A DNA stretch of 64,000 bases from Rhynchobatus australiae. Its lineage: Eukaryota. The notes below the pieces were generated by a model. It was not told where the DNA came from and made no database searches. It was given only the letters and a program-made list of their open reading frames with translations. A program made the translations under genes and the position numbers. This document shows positions 12,871-26,124 of the stretch, in pieces (position 1 is the stretch's first letter; the number at the start of each line of letters is the position of its first letter). The stretch spans positions 74,581,254 to 74,645,253 of the forward strand of contig JAUZTB010000127.1 in the NCBI GenBank assembly GCA_034780895.1, read 5' to 3'.

Positions 12871-12959
12871 GGCATGTTACTATAGTAATCTGGAATATTT
12901 ATATTTGACATAATTGGCGTTTAGTCAGATCAAATGGTAAATTTGGACTGTTAACTACA

Positions 12960-13160
12960 TTAGCTATGACTCAATGGGAACACACTAATTCAAAAGATTG
13001 TTGGTTCAAGTCTCAACCCAAGGACATGAGTACAAACATCTAGGCTGACACTCTATTGCAGCACTAAGAGCTTGGCACACAGATCTTTAAAAATAGCACA
13101 GGGTGAATGCTACTCTATTGAAGATGATACCTTCAGGTGAGACTTAATATCGTCTTTGTT
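12960..13160 (+). mobile_element. SacSINE1/DeuSINE-like tRNA-derived SINE, 5' half
   Basis: ggttcaagtctc B-box remnant followed by atctaggctgacactctattgcagcact and cttcaggtgagac, typical of the Deu-domain SINE as recalled. Confidence 0.55.
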
Positions 13161-13251
13161 CAAAGTTGAAAGGTGACACTTTATTTAGAGATGGTAGCGC
13201 TTGTTTTTTTAGCTTGTGTCTTTATACCTCCCTCTCCCAACCTGGTCTCAG

Positions 13252-14928
13252 GACTCCTGCGCGGATGAGTGTGTGCCTTCAGGAACATACCGAGTTTTCC
13301 CAGATGAGAAGGCTTGGATGAACGAAGAGATTTGCAGTCTGCTGAGGGCAAGATCTGTGGTGTTCAAAACCGGTGATCCAGAATCCTACAAGGAGTTCAG
13401 GTATGACCTGCAGAAGACCATCAATGAGAGCGAAAAGGCCATTCCAGGTGAAATCAGTGGGACAATTGAATGCACAGCAGCTGTGACAGGGTTTGCATGC
13501 TATTACTTCCTATAAAGCAAAACCTAACAGCAAAAATTGCAGTGATGCTTCGCTCAACACCTTTTATGCATGCTTTGCAAGGGACAATAACATAACATCT
13601 ATGTGAATCCCCACAGCATCCGATGACCCTGTGGTCCCTGTCTCAGATGCCAACGTCAGAACATCTTTCAAGGGGGTGAACCCTCGCAAAGCATCAAGCC
13701 CCGACAGTGTACGTGGCTGGGTACTGAAAACCTGTGTCAACCAACTGGCTGGAGTGTTCAAGGACATCTTCAACCTCTCACTGTGATCTGAGATTCCCAC
13801 ATGCTTCAAAAGAGCATCAATCATTCTGGTGCCCAAGAAGAGAAAGATGAACTGCCTCAACAACTATTGCCCGGTAGCACTCACATCTACTGTAATGAAG
13901 TGCTTTGAGAGGTTGGTCATGGTTAGAATTAACTCCTACCTATGCAAGGACATGGACCCACTGCAATTCACCTTCCACCACAGCAGGTCTACAGCAGATG
14001 CAATCTCACTGGCTCTCCATTCGGCTTTGGAGCACCTGGACAACAGCAAAACGTGTGTCAGGCTGCTGTTTATCGATTAGAGCTTGGCATTCAAAACCAT
14101 CAAGCCCTTTGTATTAATCACCAAGCTTCCAAACCTGGGCCTCTGTACCTCCCTCTGCAACTGGATCCTCGACTTCCTCATTGGGAGACCACAGTCGGTA
14201 CAGATCAGTAGTAACATCTCCTCCTCGCTGACAATGAACACAGGCGCGCCTCAAGGATGCGTGCCTAGCCCACTGTTCTACTCACTCTGCATTCATGACT
14301 GTGTGGTTAAGCATGGCTCAAATGCCATCTATAAATTCACAGATGACACCACTGTTGTTGGTTAAAATCTCAGATGATGACGAGGGGACATACAGGAGTG
14401 AGATAGTTCAGCTGGTTGAGTGGTGTCACAACAAACTCACACTCAACATCAGCAAGACCAAGGAAATGATTGTGGACTTCAGGAAGGGGAAGTTGGGANN
14501 NNNNNNNNNNNNNNNNNNNNNNNNNNNNNNNNNNNNNNNNNNNNNNNNNNNNNNNNNNNNNNNNNNNNNNNNNNNNNNNNNNNNNNNNNNNNNNNNNNNN
14601 NNNNNNNNNNNNNNNNNNNNNNNNNNNGTCGGCATCCATCACTCAGGACCCTCACCATCCGGGACGTGCCCCCTTCTCATTACTACTGTCAGGGAGTAGG
14701 TACAGGAGCCTGAAGACCCACACTCAATGATTCAGCAGCTGCTTCCCCTCTCTCATCAGATTTCTGAATGGTCCATGAACCCATGAACACTACCTCATTG
14801 TTCCTTTTGATTGCACTATTATTTATTTTGTAATTTATAGTAATTTTATGTCCTTGCGCTGTACTGTTGCTATAAAACAACAAATTTCACATCATATATC
14901 AGTGATATTTAACCTGATTTTGATTCTG
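13252..14928 (+). mobile_element. Rex1/Babar non-LTR retrotransposon, 5'-truncated RT pseudogene
   Basis: Broken frames give [63 protein letters not shown] and [10 protein letters not shown] (RT motifs) with stops and frameshifts; 3' tail aacctgattttgattctg; internal gap. Confidence 0.92.
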
Positions 14929-15094
14929 GTCTACTGCATCTAGTGCTCACAGTGTGGGGAAACCAAGCATAGACTAGCTAACCATTTTGCAGAGCGCCTA
15001 CACTGCCTGCACCTGCCTTTTCAAGCTTCTGGATGTATTTCAATTTAACTCTTTCCCCCATTCTGCTATATACTGGCAACCTTTCTGCTTCCCT

Positions 15095-15195
15095 CTGAGT
15101 TCTGATGCAGGGTTTTGACCTGAAATACCAACTTGAAGCTTTTGCCTCCACAGATGCTACCTGATCCTCTGAATTCTTCCAGGGTTCTGTTTTCT
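15095..15195 (+). mobile_element. Penelope-like element 3' tail remnant
   Basis: tctgatgcagggttttgacctgaaa...ctccacagatgctacctgatcctctgaattcttccag, same family as 8240-8408. Confidence 0.6.
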
Positions 15196-17638
15196 TTGGG
15201 TTTTTTTTTATCGTTAATTCCAGACACCAGTTAAGTGAGGTTGTTGACAGTTGTCATGAGCGGTGAGCATCACAGGGATTTTAGAAAGTAGAGAGATCAC
15301 ATCACTTAATTTAACAACAATGCTGTGATTTTGGAGCTCTTGCATTTCTCTACCTCGTCTGCACAGGAAAATGACAGGGAGCATTCCTGCATTCACAGTA
15401 GTTATAGGAGATCACCAACTACAAACAAGTTGGTGGCTAGTTGATTTCTTCTGCTGTTGATTTGGTGGTTCCTGTATTTGATGTTTTCCATATTTCCTAG
15501 GTTCAATATTCAAGCACTTATGGGCTTTGCCTGAGCTTTAAGCTTTCGGCCTATTTTAAAATAGTCCCTTAGTAACAGAGCTTGGTTAGGAGAATAAGTA
15601 GTGGGGACTAGCAGCAGAGGGAGTGGAAGATAATATTGCTGACTTAAAGACCCAAATATGCCACCACCTGCTGAAAAAGAAGAAGACCACATTTCATCAA
15701 TCATGGTGCAATAACTGAGACTATATGAATGAGCAGCAGATGGGTACGTGATCAAAACATAATTAAGTCAGAAAGTGCAATTTACCCTGGAGTATGGACC
15801 ATGACTGGAGGCCACCATGGTAGAGGCCCATTAATGTGCACTTCAACTGTGGATTCTCAGGTTGCTGATACAAGCAACTTGGATGTTTGACTGGGGAGGG
15901 GTGTCTAATTTGGTTCCCAATAATTGGGGCCAAAGGTTGAGTTATGTATCTTCACCACAAGATGCCACAAGGGCTACATGATTTCAGATCTGTGTTTGCT
16001 TGCAGATACATTGTCTAAAACTAGTGTCATAGCAGTTATGGAGATGTATAATCGTCTCCATTAGAATCACAGCACAAGTGGATCTGGCAGTACCCGCACA
16101 TGTGACAGACAGGATGCAGGCCCAGACTGTCTGTGCATCTGCATGGCTTTCAGCCTCAAATCAGCCTCTGAGTTTACCCACACTGAGGCGAGAAGCACTT
16201 TGGTCTCTGGAATGTGTTTCAACACCTGCCACCCTGTTATTACTCAAGTAGCAGCGAATAGAGGCATTGGGTTGAGGAGAAGAATTTACACCACACACAT
16301 ATAGAATGTGTTTTGATATTACATCCAATAACTTGATAGGCCAATAAGCATATAATTTTCTTATAGATGAGAAACCTAAAGGGGCAGTCAAAGCTCAAAA
16401 TGTTCATACCATCAAGATGAAGGTAGATCAAGAGATAGACTAAGATTTTGATCAGCTTTCAAAAATTGCCTTTAAAGCTGTTCATATAATGGAGAAAAGC
16501 ATTTCAATTAAACATGTCAAAACTTTCATTATCATCATTACACAACATGAAATCATTCTCCCTTGGAGGCTTTTTTAAAAGTTACTCCCACTTCCACTTC
16601 CACTTCAGTAATTGCCTTGATTTCTATCCTTTCTTTCTCTTTCTGAATAAAGACAGATGTGAATTATGTAACTCCAATGTCCCTTTGTTCCCAGATTCTA
16701 GCTGCCCATTATCATTTTGTACTGGGCCAATACTTCCTTTCAACCTTTGTTCATAACGTATGTATTTGGAAGACCTTTTGTTCTTTCTTGTGATGTTTTT
16801 GGCAACCTTCCATTCAATGTTTCTCCAATTAGTTGTTCATTTTAATTGCTTGCATGCTGCCCAATGTGCATTCACAGACCCTGTANNNNNNNNNNNNNNN
16901 NNNNNNNNNNNNNNNNNNNNNNNNNNNNNCTCATCCACGATTCATGAATTGCCTGAATATGTTGCAGAGTACATGCAACTTTTCTGCTGGAAACAGTGGT
17001 GTGCAATGTGCCTCAATGGGCTCTCTTTTGCCTCCAGCTGTAATCACCATTTTATCAGATATAAAATGCCAGTGTGGAACACAGTCACTACAAAATGAAA
17101 GGATGTTCAAAGTAAAAAGGCTGATTTTACTCCCCCCTGCATCATCACCAACCCACCCACTACCATCACCACCATGCCTGACTAGGATGGAGAGTGTAGG
17201 AGATTTTAAAATCTCCTGTCCCTTAGATTGACACCGCATTCACACTGGCGAGTTTTTTAACTATTGTTTTGCGATGCATTTGGACTGGCCACGTGAAGGG
17301 TCTCGACTCAATGTTGAGAGTTAGAACATCGAACGTTGCAGCACAGTACAGGCCCGTCGGCCCACCATCTTGGAGTCAAGCGAGGTGGAGAAAGGGGAGG
17401 AATCAGATTAATTAGAGAAAATATGAACAGACGAAGGAGAAAGGAGAGGTCAGAATAAATTGGGGAGGGAGAAGGAGAAAATTGCCAGGGGATTAGGGGC
17501 AAAAAAGGAATGGTTGGGGAATGGAAGATGGGCAGAGAAGGTGGTAGGGGGCAGGGAGGGGTGATGCAGATNNNNNNNNNNNNNNNNNNNNNNNNNNNNN
17601 NNNNNNNNNGTGGTGTAGACATCATCTGAGTGTTTATT

Positions 17639-17746
17639 AGAATCAGGTTTATTATCGCTGACATATGGCATGAAATTTGTTGCTTTGCAGCAGAAGTACA
17701 GTGCAAAGACATAAATCTATAAATTACAAAAATAAGTAAGTAGTGC
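17639..17746 (-). mobile_element. Rex1/Babar 3' tail fragment
   Basis: Reverse complement matches the 3' UTR at about 14810-14928 (agaatcaggtttattatcgctgacat...aaattacaaaaataagtaagtagtgc). Confidence 0.75.
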
Positions 17747-19399
17747 CCGATCTGGTTCTGATTCAGTTGAACAATTCATTGGCAACAGGTAGCATTAACT
17801 TCAGATAACTTTACCTGACTGATGACAAATGTACCAGGTAGTCAGTTTGTTACATAGTGCTATTCCAGCTAATGCTGCAAGATGGAATCAGTTATTTAAT
17901 TTTCCACCTACAATTATTACTGTTTCAGCAGCCTCATGTTGGCAATCTTAAAGCTTTTTCCATTGTGAGAACATGGCAATGGAATATGGAAAATATTTTA
18001 AATGGAATATTGTAACCAGTCAAAATTTTGATACACAGATACATGTAGTTACATTCATAACAATTACAGTAGCAAGTTAATCTAAATTTGTCTCTCCATA
18101 AACTGTCCAAGATAATTGAAGTATAACTAAAATAGTTCTGAGTAAAGATTAGACAAAACTTTATTCTGCTTCAGACTTTGCTATATCTGATGTCAGCTAC
18201 ACCTTGATAAGCACAGAAAGCTTTTTTTTGTGAAGGAAAGGAATAACATTTAATTTCTTTCTCATGTTCTATTGATTGAGGCTGAAACACATGCTGTCTA
18301 CAGTTTGTACTGCAGTGNNNNNNNNNNNNNNNNNNNNNNNNNNNNNNNNNNNNNNNNNNNNNNNNNNNNNNNNNNNNNNNNNNNNNNNNNNNNNNNNNNN
18401 NNNNNNNNNNNNNNNNNNNNNNNNNNNNNNNNNNNNNNNNNNNNNNNNNNNNNNNNNNNNNNNNNNNNNNNNNNNNNNNNNNNNNNNNNNNNNNNNNNNN
18501 NNNNNNNNNNNNNNNNNNNNNNNNNNNNNNNNNNNNNNNNNNNNNNNNNNNNNNNNNNNNNNNNNNNNNNNNNNNNNNNNNNNNNNNNNNNNNNNNNNNN
18601 NNNNNNNNNNNNNNNNNNNNNNNNNNNNNNNNNNNNNNNNNNNNNNNNNNNNNNNNNNNNNNNNNNNNNNNCATTATTCTTTGATATTTAACTATTCCTT
18701 CATTGTCCCTGGGCTGAAATCCAAGAATTTCCAGGGTTAAAAGAAGTGTTGTGCTGATGAAAATCACATAAATGTGCATTATGCATTAACCAGTTTTGTG
18801 CAAGTTTCCAACTGAGTTGATGGCAGTTGTTAATAAGGTATAGACATTTTAGTGCCACACTTTTGTGTACCCTTGACACTGTAGTGCAACACCCAAAATT
18901 CATTTCTGGGGAGATTTCCAACTATATTGATCTGAATCACAGTTGATTACTTTCATTCATTGAAAAAGCAGGTTTTAATAATACTGAGGGTTCAAGATGA
19001 GGTTGTAAAGGCAGAAATATCTCTCCTGTAGCCAAAGGCTTAGAATTGTACTACTCTCTGTAAAACAAACCTCAAGCATACTGTCCAAGACTGTGATCCT
19101 GGTCCCCATGTGGTTTCAGCAGCTTACCCCTCAAAAGTAAGTGGCCAGAAATGCCATTTAAAAGAAAAATGATTAGAAATGTGTAATCAAACTGGAGAAA
19201 GCTCAATGACAAAACAGATGCCAGACACAGCATGAAATTTCCAATGGGCAATGAACGTAAGGGCACGAGTGCCCTATCTGAATGCTTTGCACTTTGGGCA
19301 GCCCTGCTATATAGCAAACTGTGCATGCAAAAGTCAGATATCAAAAATGATACGTTCCCTCATTTATCTATAATCTAGGTGGCATGAAAAGCATTGTGT

Positions 19400-19620
19400 T
19401 ACCTGGACAATCTTGGTCTCCAGCCTATCACAGACACTTCCTTTGTTTGCTCCACCCCTACCCCCCCTACAATTTAAAACAATGGTTTTCCCGCTTTTCC
19501 AGTTCAGAAGAAGCATCATTGACTCAAAGTTAACTGTCTGTCTGATGCTGCCTGTCCTGCTGAATATTCCTGGCACAATTGGTATTCATTTCATATTTCT
19601 GGCATCAGCAGTTTTCTGCT
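19400..19620 (+). mobile_element. Penelope-like element 3' UTR/tail remnant
   Basis: ccagttcagaagaagcatcattgactcaaagttaactgtc...gatgctgcctgtcctgctgaatattcc...ggcatcagcagt. Confidence 0.6.
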
Positions 19621-19659
19621 TGTCAGAAAAATACCCAAGGCTCACTGATGTTCTTCAGC

Positions 19660-20170
19660 AAAGGAAATCTGCAGCCCTATTTGATCTCACTTATATGCAA
19701 GTCCAGGCCAAGAGCAATGCCTGCCTCTTAACTGCCCTCTGAAATGGCNNNNNNNNNNNNNNNNNNNNNGACCTGTTTGACCATGCTGCATCATCCAAGG
19801 CATGGGATTTGGACATGGCAAATTTCCTCCCAATCCAAACAACCATTAGAAGTCCTAGAGAAACAAAGGACTGCAGATGCTGGAATCTAGCTGAAAAACA
19901 AAATCCTATCTATGAAGAACTGGGAACTGGCGATTAAATTAGGAAAGCTATCCCACAGCTCAGTTATGCATCAATCTGATTTACTGAATTACATCATACC
20001 ATGTAACGCCATAATCTAATCCACCAGAAGGACAGACCCACCAGAGGGAGGAGTACAAATAGTAACAGACAGGATTTCACGGCCCAAGATATCTCCAAAA
20101 TTAACTGAAGGTCCCTCAAATTCTCATTGCTATCAAGTCAAACATGGGTAAGGAAGCCTCTTCCTGCATT
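19660..20170 (+). mobile_element. L2/CR1-group LINE 5' region (5' UTR and APE start), decayed; interrupted by a short Penelope-like tail at about 19857-19900
   Basis: aaggaaatctgc...ctcttaactgccctctgaaatggc head, then ccaccagaaggacagacccaccagagggagga (HQKDRPTRG, APE remnant) and caagtcaaacatgggtaagg. Confidence 0.55.
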
Positions 20171-20174
20171 TATA

Positions 20175-20755
20175 GACTATACTGGGGCTATCCTGATGAT
20201 GGAGCAGGATGGGCCAGGGAACAATGACAGAGATAGCTGGAACATGATTGGAAGGTAGGATTCTGCTTAGATGTGTTGGGCTATTGCTTGACTGGTCTGT
20301 GAAACAACTCTTCCAACTAAAGCACATGTCCCCACATCTTTGTGAGGAGGATTTTGCAGTCGACTGTGGTGACTGTGTCTTGTTCAAATCTGGTGCCCCA
20401 ATCGAGGCTGTGTGATTTATCTGGTTTTATTCTCAGTATGTTTTGTAATAGCAGTTTGGCAAAAATTTACAAAAGCCTATTTAAAAGTGATCCACATTGC
20501 TGGGGATTTGGAGTTGCATGGACCAGATTGGGTAGGGATAGCTAAAAAACATTAATGAATTAGATAGTTTGATTTTTTTAAACAGCACATAACTAGTTCC
20601 ATGTTTATCACAATTGGAAACATTGATATTCCTGCTCATTTAATTGAATTATAAATTCTTCAAATGCTATGGTGAAGTGATTTGATCTCTGTTCTCCAAG
20701 TTATCAGTTCAAGCCTCTGAAATAACTAGTCCTGTATCAAAACCACTTTGATGCT
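20175..20755 (-). mobile_element. Second copy of the same LINE 5' region, opposite strand
   Basis: ttgcttgactggtctgtgaaacaactcttcc and tttgtgaggaggattttgcag are reverse complements of the family 5' coding region; ccacattgctggggatttggagttgcatggaccaga is the reversed head. Confidence 0.55.
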
Positions 20756-20970
20756 ATTCTATAATGAATTAGTGCATAATTTTAATGATCAAATGCTTAA
20801 AGAACTTAATATGAAAAAGTCAAGCGTTAGTTGACTAAACCTTATACAATGACCTTTCACAGATATCTGATCTGTTGAGTATTTCTAGCATTTTCTTCAT
20901 TAATGATGCCATTATGTTGAAAATGAATTATAATATTGCTTTTACATCAAAAGTTTGAAAAATATAAAAC

Positions 20971-21318
20971 CATAAGACATAGGAGCAGAATTAAGCCATT
21001 TGGCCCATCGAGTCTGCTCTGCCATTTGATCATGGCTGATTTATTTTTCCTTCTCATCCCGATTCTCCTGCCTTCTCCCTGTAACCTTTGACACCCTTAC
21101 TAACCAAAAACCTATCAACCTCCGCTTTAAGTGTGCCTAATGACTTGGCCTCCACAGCCATCTGTGGCAATGAATTCCACAGATTCACCACCCTCTGGCT
21201 AAAGAAAGTCCTCCTCATCTCTGTTCTAAAGGGACGTCCTTCTATCCTGAGGCTGCGCCCTCTGGTCCTGGACTCTCCCACTACTGGAAACATCCTCTTC
21301 ATATCCACTCTATTGAGG
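20971..21318 (-). mobile_element. Relatively young CR1 LINE 3' end
   Basis: ORF 21054-21308 reads RMFPVVGESRTRGRSLRIEGRPFRTEMRRTFFSQRVVNLWNSLP (CR1 ORF2 C-terminus); reversed tail cataagacataggagcagaa. Confidence 0.92.
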
Positions 21319-21654
21319 CCAAATATGTTTTTAAATGAACCTTAAAGAAAGATCATGTTAGTTTTCAATTTGAGTGTGCGTAGCTCCTTTGCTGTAAGTC
21401 AAAGCTAGTGATTTGTATATCGCTTTTAAAATCAGCTGACAAAATAATAAATGCTGCTTGTCACCTGTTAATGCTAATGAATGGGCAGAAAGATTTGAAA
21501 CTTTAGCATGTGCTGTGGCCATGCATTTTTAACAGGAAATTGATGTTGGTANNNNNNNNNNTGATTTCCATTAAATTGCTGATTTTTTGCATTAATTGTG
21601 AATTAATCAAGTTGCAAAAAGTGTAAGTAACCAATAGACTGAGTAATAATTTTG

Positions 21655-22200
21655 ATCATTGGTATATAAAGTCATGAGGGGCATAGGTAAGGTCAATGGT
21701 CACAGTTTTTCCCATAGTAGGGATGGGAGGGAAATCTAAAACTAGAGCACGTGGGTTTAAGGTGAGAAAGGAAAGATTTAAAGGGAACTTGAGGGGCAAT
21801 TTTTTCCACACAGAGGGTGGTGGGTATATGGAACGAGCTGCCAGAGGAAGTGGTAGGAGCAGGTACAATTACNNNNNNNNNNNNNNNNNNNNNNNNNNNN
21901 NNNNNNNNNNNNNNNNNNNNNNNNNNNNNNNNNNNNNNNNNNNNNNNNNNNNNNNNNNNNNNNNNNNNNNNNCACACAGAGGGTGGTGGGTATATGGAAC
22001 GAGCTGCCAGAGGAAGTGGTAGGAGCAGGTACAATTACAACATTTAAAGGACATTTAGACAAGTTCATGGATAGGAAAGGTTTTGAGGATAAAGGCCAAA
22101 TGCAGCCATATGAGATTAGCTCAGGTAGACAAGTTGGTTGGCATGAACAAGTTGGGCCGGAGGGTGTGTTTCTGTGCTGTAATAACTATGACTCTATGAC
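21655..22200 (+). mobile_element. CR1 (HER1-like) LINE 3' fragment
   Basis: KTRARGFKVRKERFKGNLRGNFF and VGIWNELPEEVVGAGTITTFKGHLDKFM; tail ...ctatgactctatgac; contains a gap-flank duplication. Confidence 0.9.
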
Positions 22201-22569
22201 AGTCTTTAATGGATCCACTCTAATTCACCCTCCATTTCAATCCTTCCACTAATTAATTATTTAGCATCATTTCAATCAAAGCAGAACACTCTTGGATCCT
22301 TGAAAAATCAAGATTTCAAGTTCCTTATTATCCACACAGTCCTGTTTACAACTTCCATTTCCTTCAGCTTTTTTGCAAAATTAGTGAACAAAATGCAAGG
22401 TAATTTTGCAAGAATGAAATCTGTAGTGAGCTTCACCTTCCCTTTTGTAGTCAATGACCGGTTCTTCATGGTCATTTCTGCATTGAAATTGATTGCAGTT
22501 TTGTTCTAGTCTTTATATTTAATACTTGCACCTTTCTGAGAAGTTTTTATGAGACTGTGACCTTATTCA

Positions 22570-22850
22570 CAGTCACAGAGTCACACAGTGATAGAGCATA
22601 GAAACAGGCTCTTCAGCCCACCAAGTCTTCATGATCAACCACCCATTTTTACATTAACTTTATTCCAACCCATTTTATTGTCCCTGCATTCACAATCAAC
22701 TCCCAACCAGGTGTGCCACTCACCTACCCACTGTCAGCAATTTACAGAGGTTAATTAACCCATCAATCTGATCGCCCTTGGGATGTGAGAGGAAAATGGA
22801 GCAGCCCAGAGAAAATTCATATTGTCATAAGGATAACTTGCAAATTCTAT
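22570..22850 (-). mobile_element. HE1-like V-SINE, 5'-truncated and decayed
   Basis: Reversed CR1-derived tail (gcatagaaacaggctcttcagccca) followed by reversed V-domain (ttgggatgtgagaggaaaatggagcagcccagagaaaa...ttgcaaattc). Confidence 0.7.
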
Positions 22851-24719
22851 ATCAGTAATGGTAACCATGAAATGGCCTGAATCTTACTTAAAAAATTGAT
22901 CCAGTTCATTGAGGTCTTTTAGGGAAGGAAATCTGCCAATATAACCCAACATCTACTCTTCAGCCATTTCCCTATTCTAGCAGTCGCTTGCCCACTAATG
23001 GTAGGAAGATTTACAACAGCAGGAAGTTGCCTCAAAAATCTATAACTGTGTTAAACTTAATCAAAACCCCTTTGAAGATTAAAGTAACCCACATTGCAAT
23101 CCATTGTCCACACGAGAGGTCATTTCATCAAAGAAGTTCAGGAAATTATTATTTCCATTATGATCTCAGGGTGACTGCTGTTATTGTTGTATGGTTGAAC
23201 TGTGTGTCTATCCTTAATAAGTTCCATTACATGGATTGAGAAGTAAGACTAAAACTTTAGCAGTTGCCTGTTTTTCTTACTGAATATAAGCAGCACAATG
23301 ACCTATTTCCAATCCTCTAATAACTTCCTAGTGCCATTAATTCTGTCATAACTTCACAAACCTCATCCTTAGTCTCCTGGCATTTTGGGACTATCCTGTG
23401 GAAATTGTTTTTCTGGTGCATTCATTGACAACGCTGCATTAGCCAATGATTTGAAGCTGGAACAAGACTTATGAATCACAACAAATGGTTATTGTACAGC
23501 AAACATAGTTAGAAAACAATTTATTTAAAAGAATAAAAAAAATCTCCAGCAACCTCTCCCAATAGAAACAGAAATATATTGTGAGTGAAGTGTAATTACA
23601 TATAAATTAGGGGCATTAGATCAATCTCAGGTACTAATAGCAGCATGATGACCAAAGCTATCAAGTAATTGCTTCTCATTTTTGGAGAAATTATTGATTA
23701 TACATGGAATCACTTTGTTTAGAGAGGACAGTTTGCTTATTTTTCTCATATGAAGAGAGCAATTCTTCAGAATACTTACCATTCTATACTACTCTATAGT
23801 TTCACAATTATTAGTCTTTTCTCTGATCCTGACTGAAGAATTATTCAACTATTGTTCTCAATTATTTATTTAAATCGGTCCTTAGTTTCACCATACCCGG
23901 TTATTACTGTTGGCTGTTCCCCTCTCTACTTTCTTTTTACAAATNNNNNNNNNNNNNNNNNNNNNNNNNNNNNNNNNNNNNNNNNNNNNNNNNNNNNNNN
24001 NNNNNNNNNNNNNNNNNNNNNNNNNNNNNNGAAACCTAACATAATCTATCTTAGTCTATAGCACACTAGGGAATTAATGAAACTGTTATTGATGTGGAAG
24101 GAGATATATAACAATTTATAAAAACAGCGAAGGCTCTTAATTGCTTGGTTGTCCTTTTCTTTAATTTTATTGACTTGAGGGGCTTTAAAATTTCTGTTGT
24201 TTTAATCTGGGTGTAACCTTGGCAAAAATGTTCCTGCTGCATCCATCACCATTTAAACATGAGCCAGATGGATAGTTTCTAATATATTTTGCACCATTCC
24301 AGAGCAAACATTGACTCAGATACTGCCTGACTGCCAGCTTGCTATTATGGGCCAGATCACAGTGAAAAAAATAATGGTGAGTGAACAATGCACATTGTGA
24401 TTAATATGCAAATTGGCCAGCAACCCTTGCTGAGAAAAAGATATATCATGAATTACAGATTGCCTCAGATTGCTGGACAATTTACTCCATTCCACCCTTA
24501 TCTTTACAAAAACAGCATTACATACTTAATATCCCTTTAACTTTAATGAAATTATAATTGTTCATTGCCAAGTTTCATAACTAATGTTGTTAATACTTTA
24601 TGAACTAAATACATAATAGCTTCAGTGAATCACTCTGGTCCAGAAAGCAAATGATCAATCATTCTTTCAGATATTTTACTCTTACTGGAGATTTCAGTGC
24701 AATAACCCATTTTATTCAG

Positions 24720-25720
24720 CAGATCCTGTTGAATACTCAATTCTCCCATGATAAGCATATCTCTTCTATTTCCCAAACTGCTACCCCACACCCTCTGCTC
24801 CCACCAGCCTCCACATTCAATAGATCATCCGCCATACTTTCTGCTACATTGAATGAGATTCCTCCACCTTCTTCTGCCCTTTTAACCTACTGATGGGATT
24901 TTTCCTTTATGACTCCCTGGTTCACTCTTCCACCTTCCCCAACTACTCTGCTCCTCAAGACACTTTCACATACAACCACAGCAGATGTAATACCTGCCCC
25001 CTTTCCTAAAATTTGGCTCCTGGAACCCAGATAGTTCTTCCAGGTGAAACAATAATCAATTGTTACTTTTTCTAATCTAGTCTACTGCATTCAGTACTCT
25101 TGATGTGGTCACCTCTACATTGGAGAAACCAAATGCAAGTTTGGTGACTGCTTTGCATTACACTTTTCAGTCTGAAAAGGGAGCCTGAGCTTCACGTTGC
25201 CTGGCACTTTAATTCTCCATCCCACTCCCACTCTGATCTTTCTGTCACTGGCCTCCAATCACTGTTCCTATGAAGCTCAATGAACAGCACCTCATCTTCC
25301 ATCTCGCACTCAATTTTAACTTCAGCAATTTCAGGTGACTGGCCTTTCCTGTTTCTGTCAGAATTGGCCAGTTCCTATTTAAGATTACCCACATTGGCTC
25401 CATTTTTCTCTCTCCACAGACGATGCCTGATCTGCTGGACATTTCCAATTTTCTATTCTGTTTCAGCATCTTATTCATCTATGAATTAGGTGGAACCAAG
25501 AGAATTATATCCACTGGATAACTTTGGTCTCCCTCATTTCATGAATGGACCCTTCATTCTTTCCCTCTCTCCGCAACTCAAAACAGACCTCTCACTTTTC
25601 TGGTTTTAATCAAAGATCATTGAGCTGATATGTTAAGTCTCGTTCTCTCTCCATAGATGTCACCTGATGTTCTGAGCATTTCCAGCGTTTTTTATATTCG
25701 TTTCAGATTTCCATCTTCAG
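24720..25720 (+). mobile_element. Penelope-like retroelement remnant with GIY-YIG endonuclease region and 3' tails
   Basis: About 25075-25160 translates NLVYCIQYS*CGHLYIGETKCKFGDCFALH (GIY-YIG pattern), preceded by a Cys-rich linker (agatgtaatacctgcccc) and followed by two copies of the tail motif (about 25405-25470 and 25600-25720). Confidence 0.8.
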
Positions 25721-26124
25721 ATTTTTTTTTTGGTTTTCAACTCTTCTAAATTCTCTTTTTTTTAAGTTCCTTCTCTTTTTCTTAATGTAATTTTGAATTC
25801 ACATAACTCTCTTCCTCCTCCTAAATGTATTTCAATCCTTTATCCCATTAGTTTGATAAGTACTCAGTTGGGATCTTACATCCTACACCATGTTGTCAGC
25901 TTCATCTTCCAGCAGCTCACAGGGAGAAACGTTTTTAAGTTGAAAGCTTCAGGATAACATCCAGGTAACTGGTGCTCTTTGGGACGCCTTGCTCCGTCCG
26001 GCCTTTTTTGTAGGCCATTAACTTTTAGGAAAACTGAGATGCATCTTAAGTATCCAGAAATACTCAAAGATCTGCTTTTGATAACTGGTTGTGGTTTATG
26101 CATTTTTAAAAAATATTCATTTAA

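Noticed and set aside
13829-14365. Reverse transcriptase ORFs as a possible active or domesticated gene
   Set aside because: Multiple stops and frameshifts, 5' truncation and a standard Rex tail indicate a dead copy.
18171-18779. Longest listed ORFs (also 29332-29770, 55174-55726 and other X-rich ORFs)
   Set aside because: Their length comes from reading through N-gaps.
21807-22038. Exact 66-bp direct repeat (21807-21872 and 21973-22038)
   Set aside because: Copies flank a 100-N gap and are identical: unmerged contig overlap, an assembly artefact.
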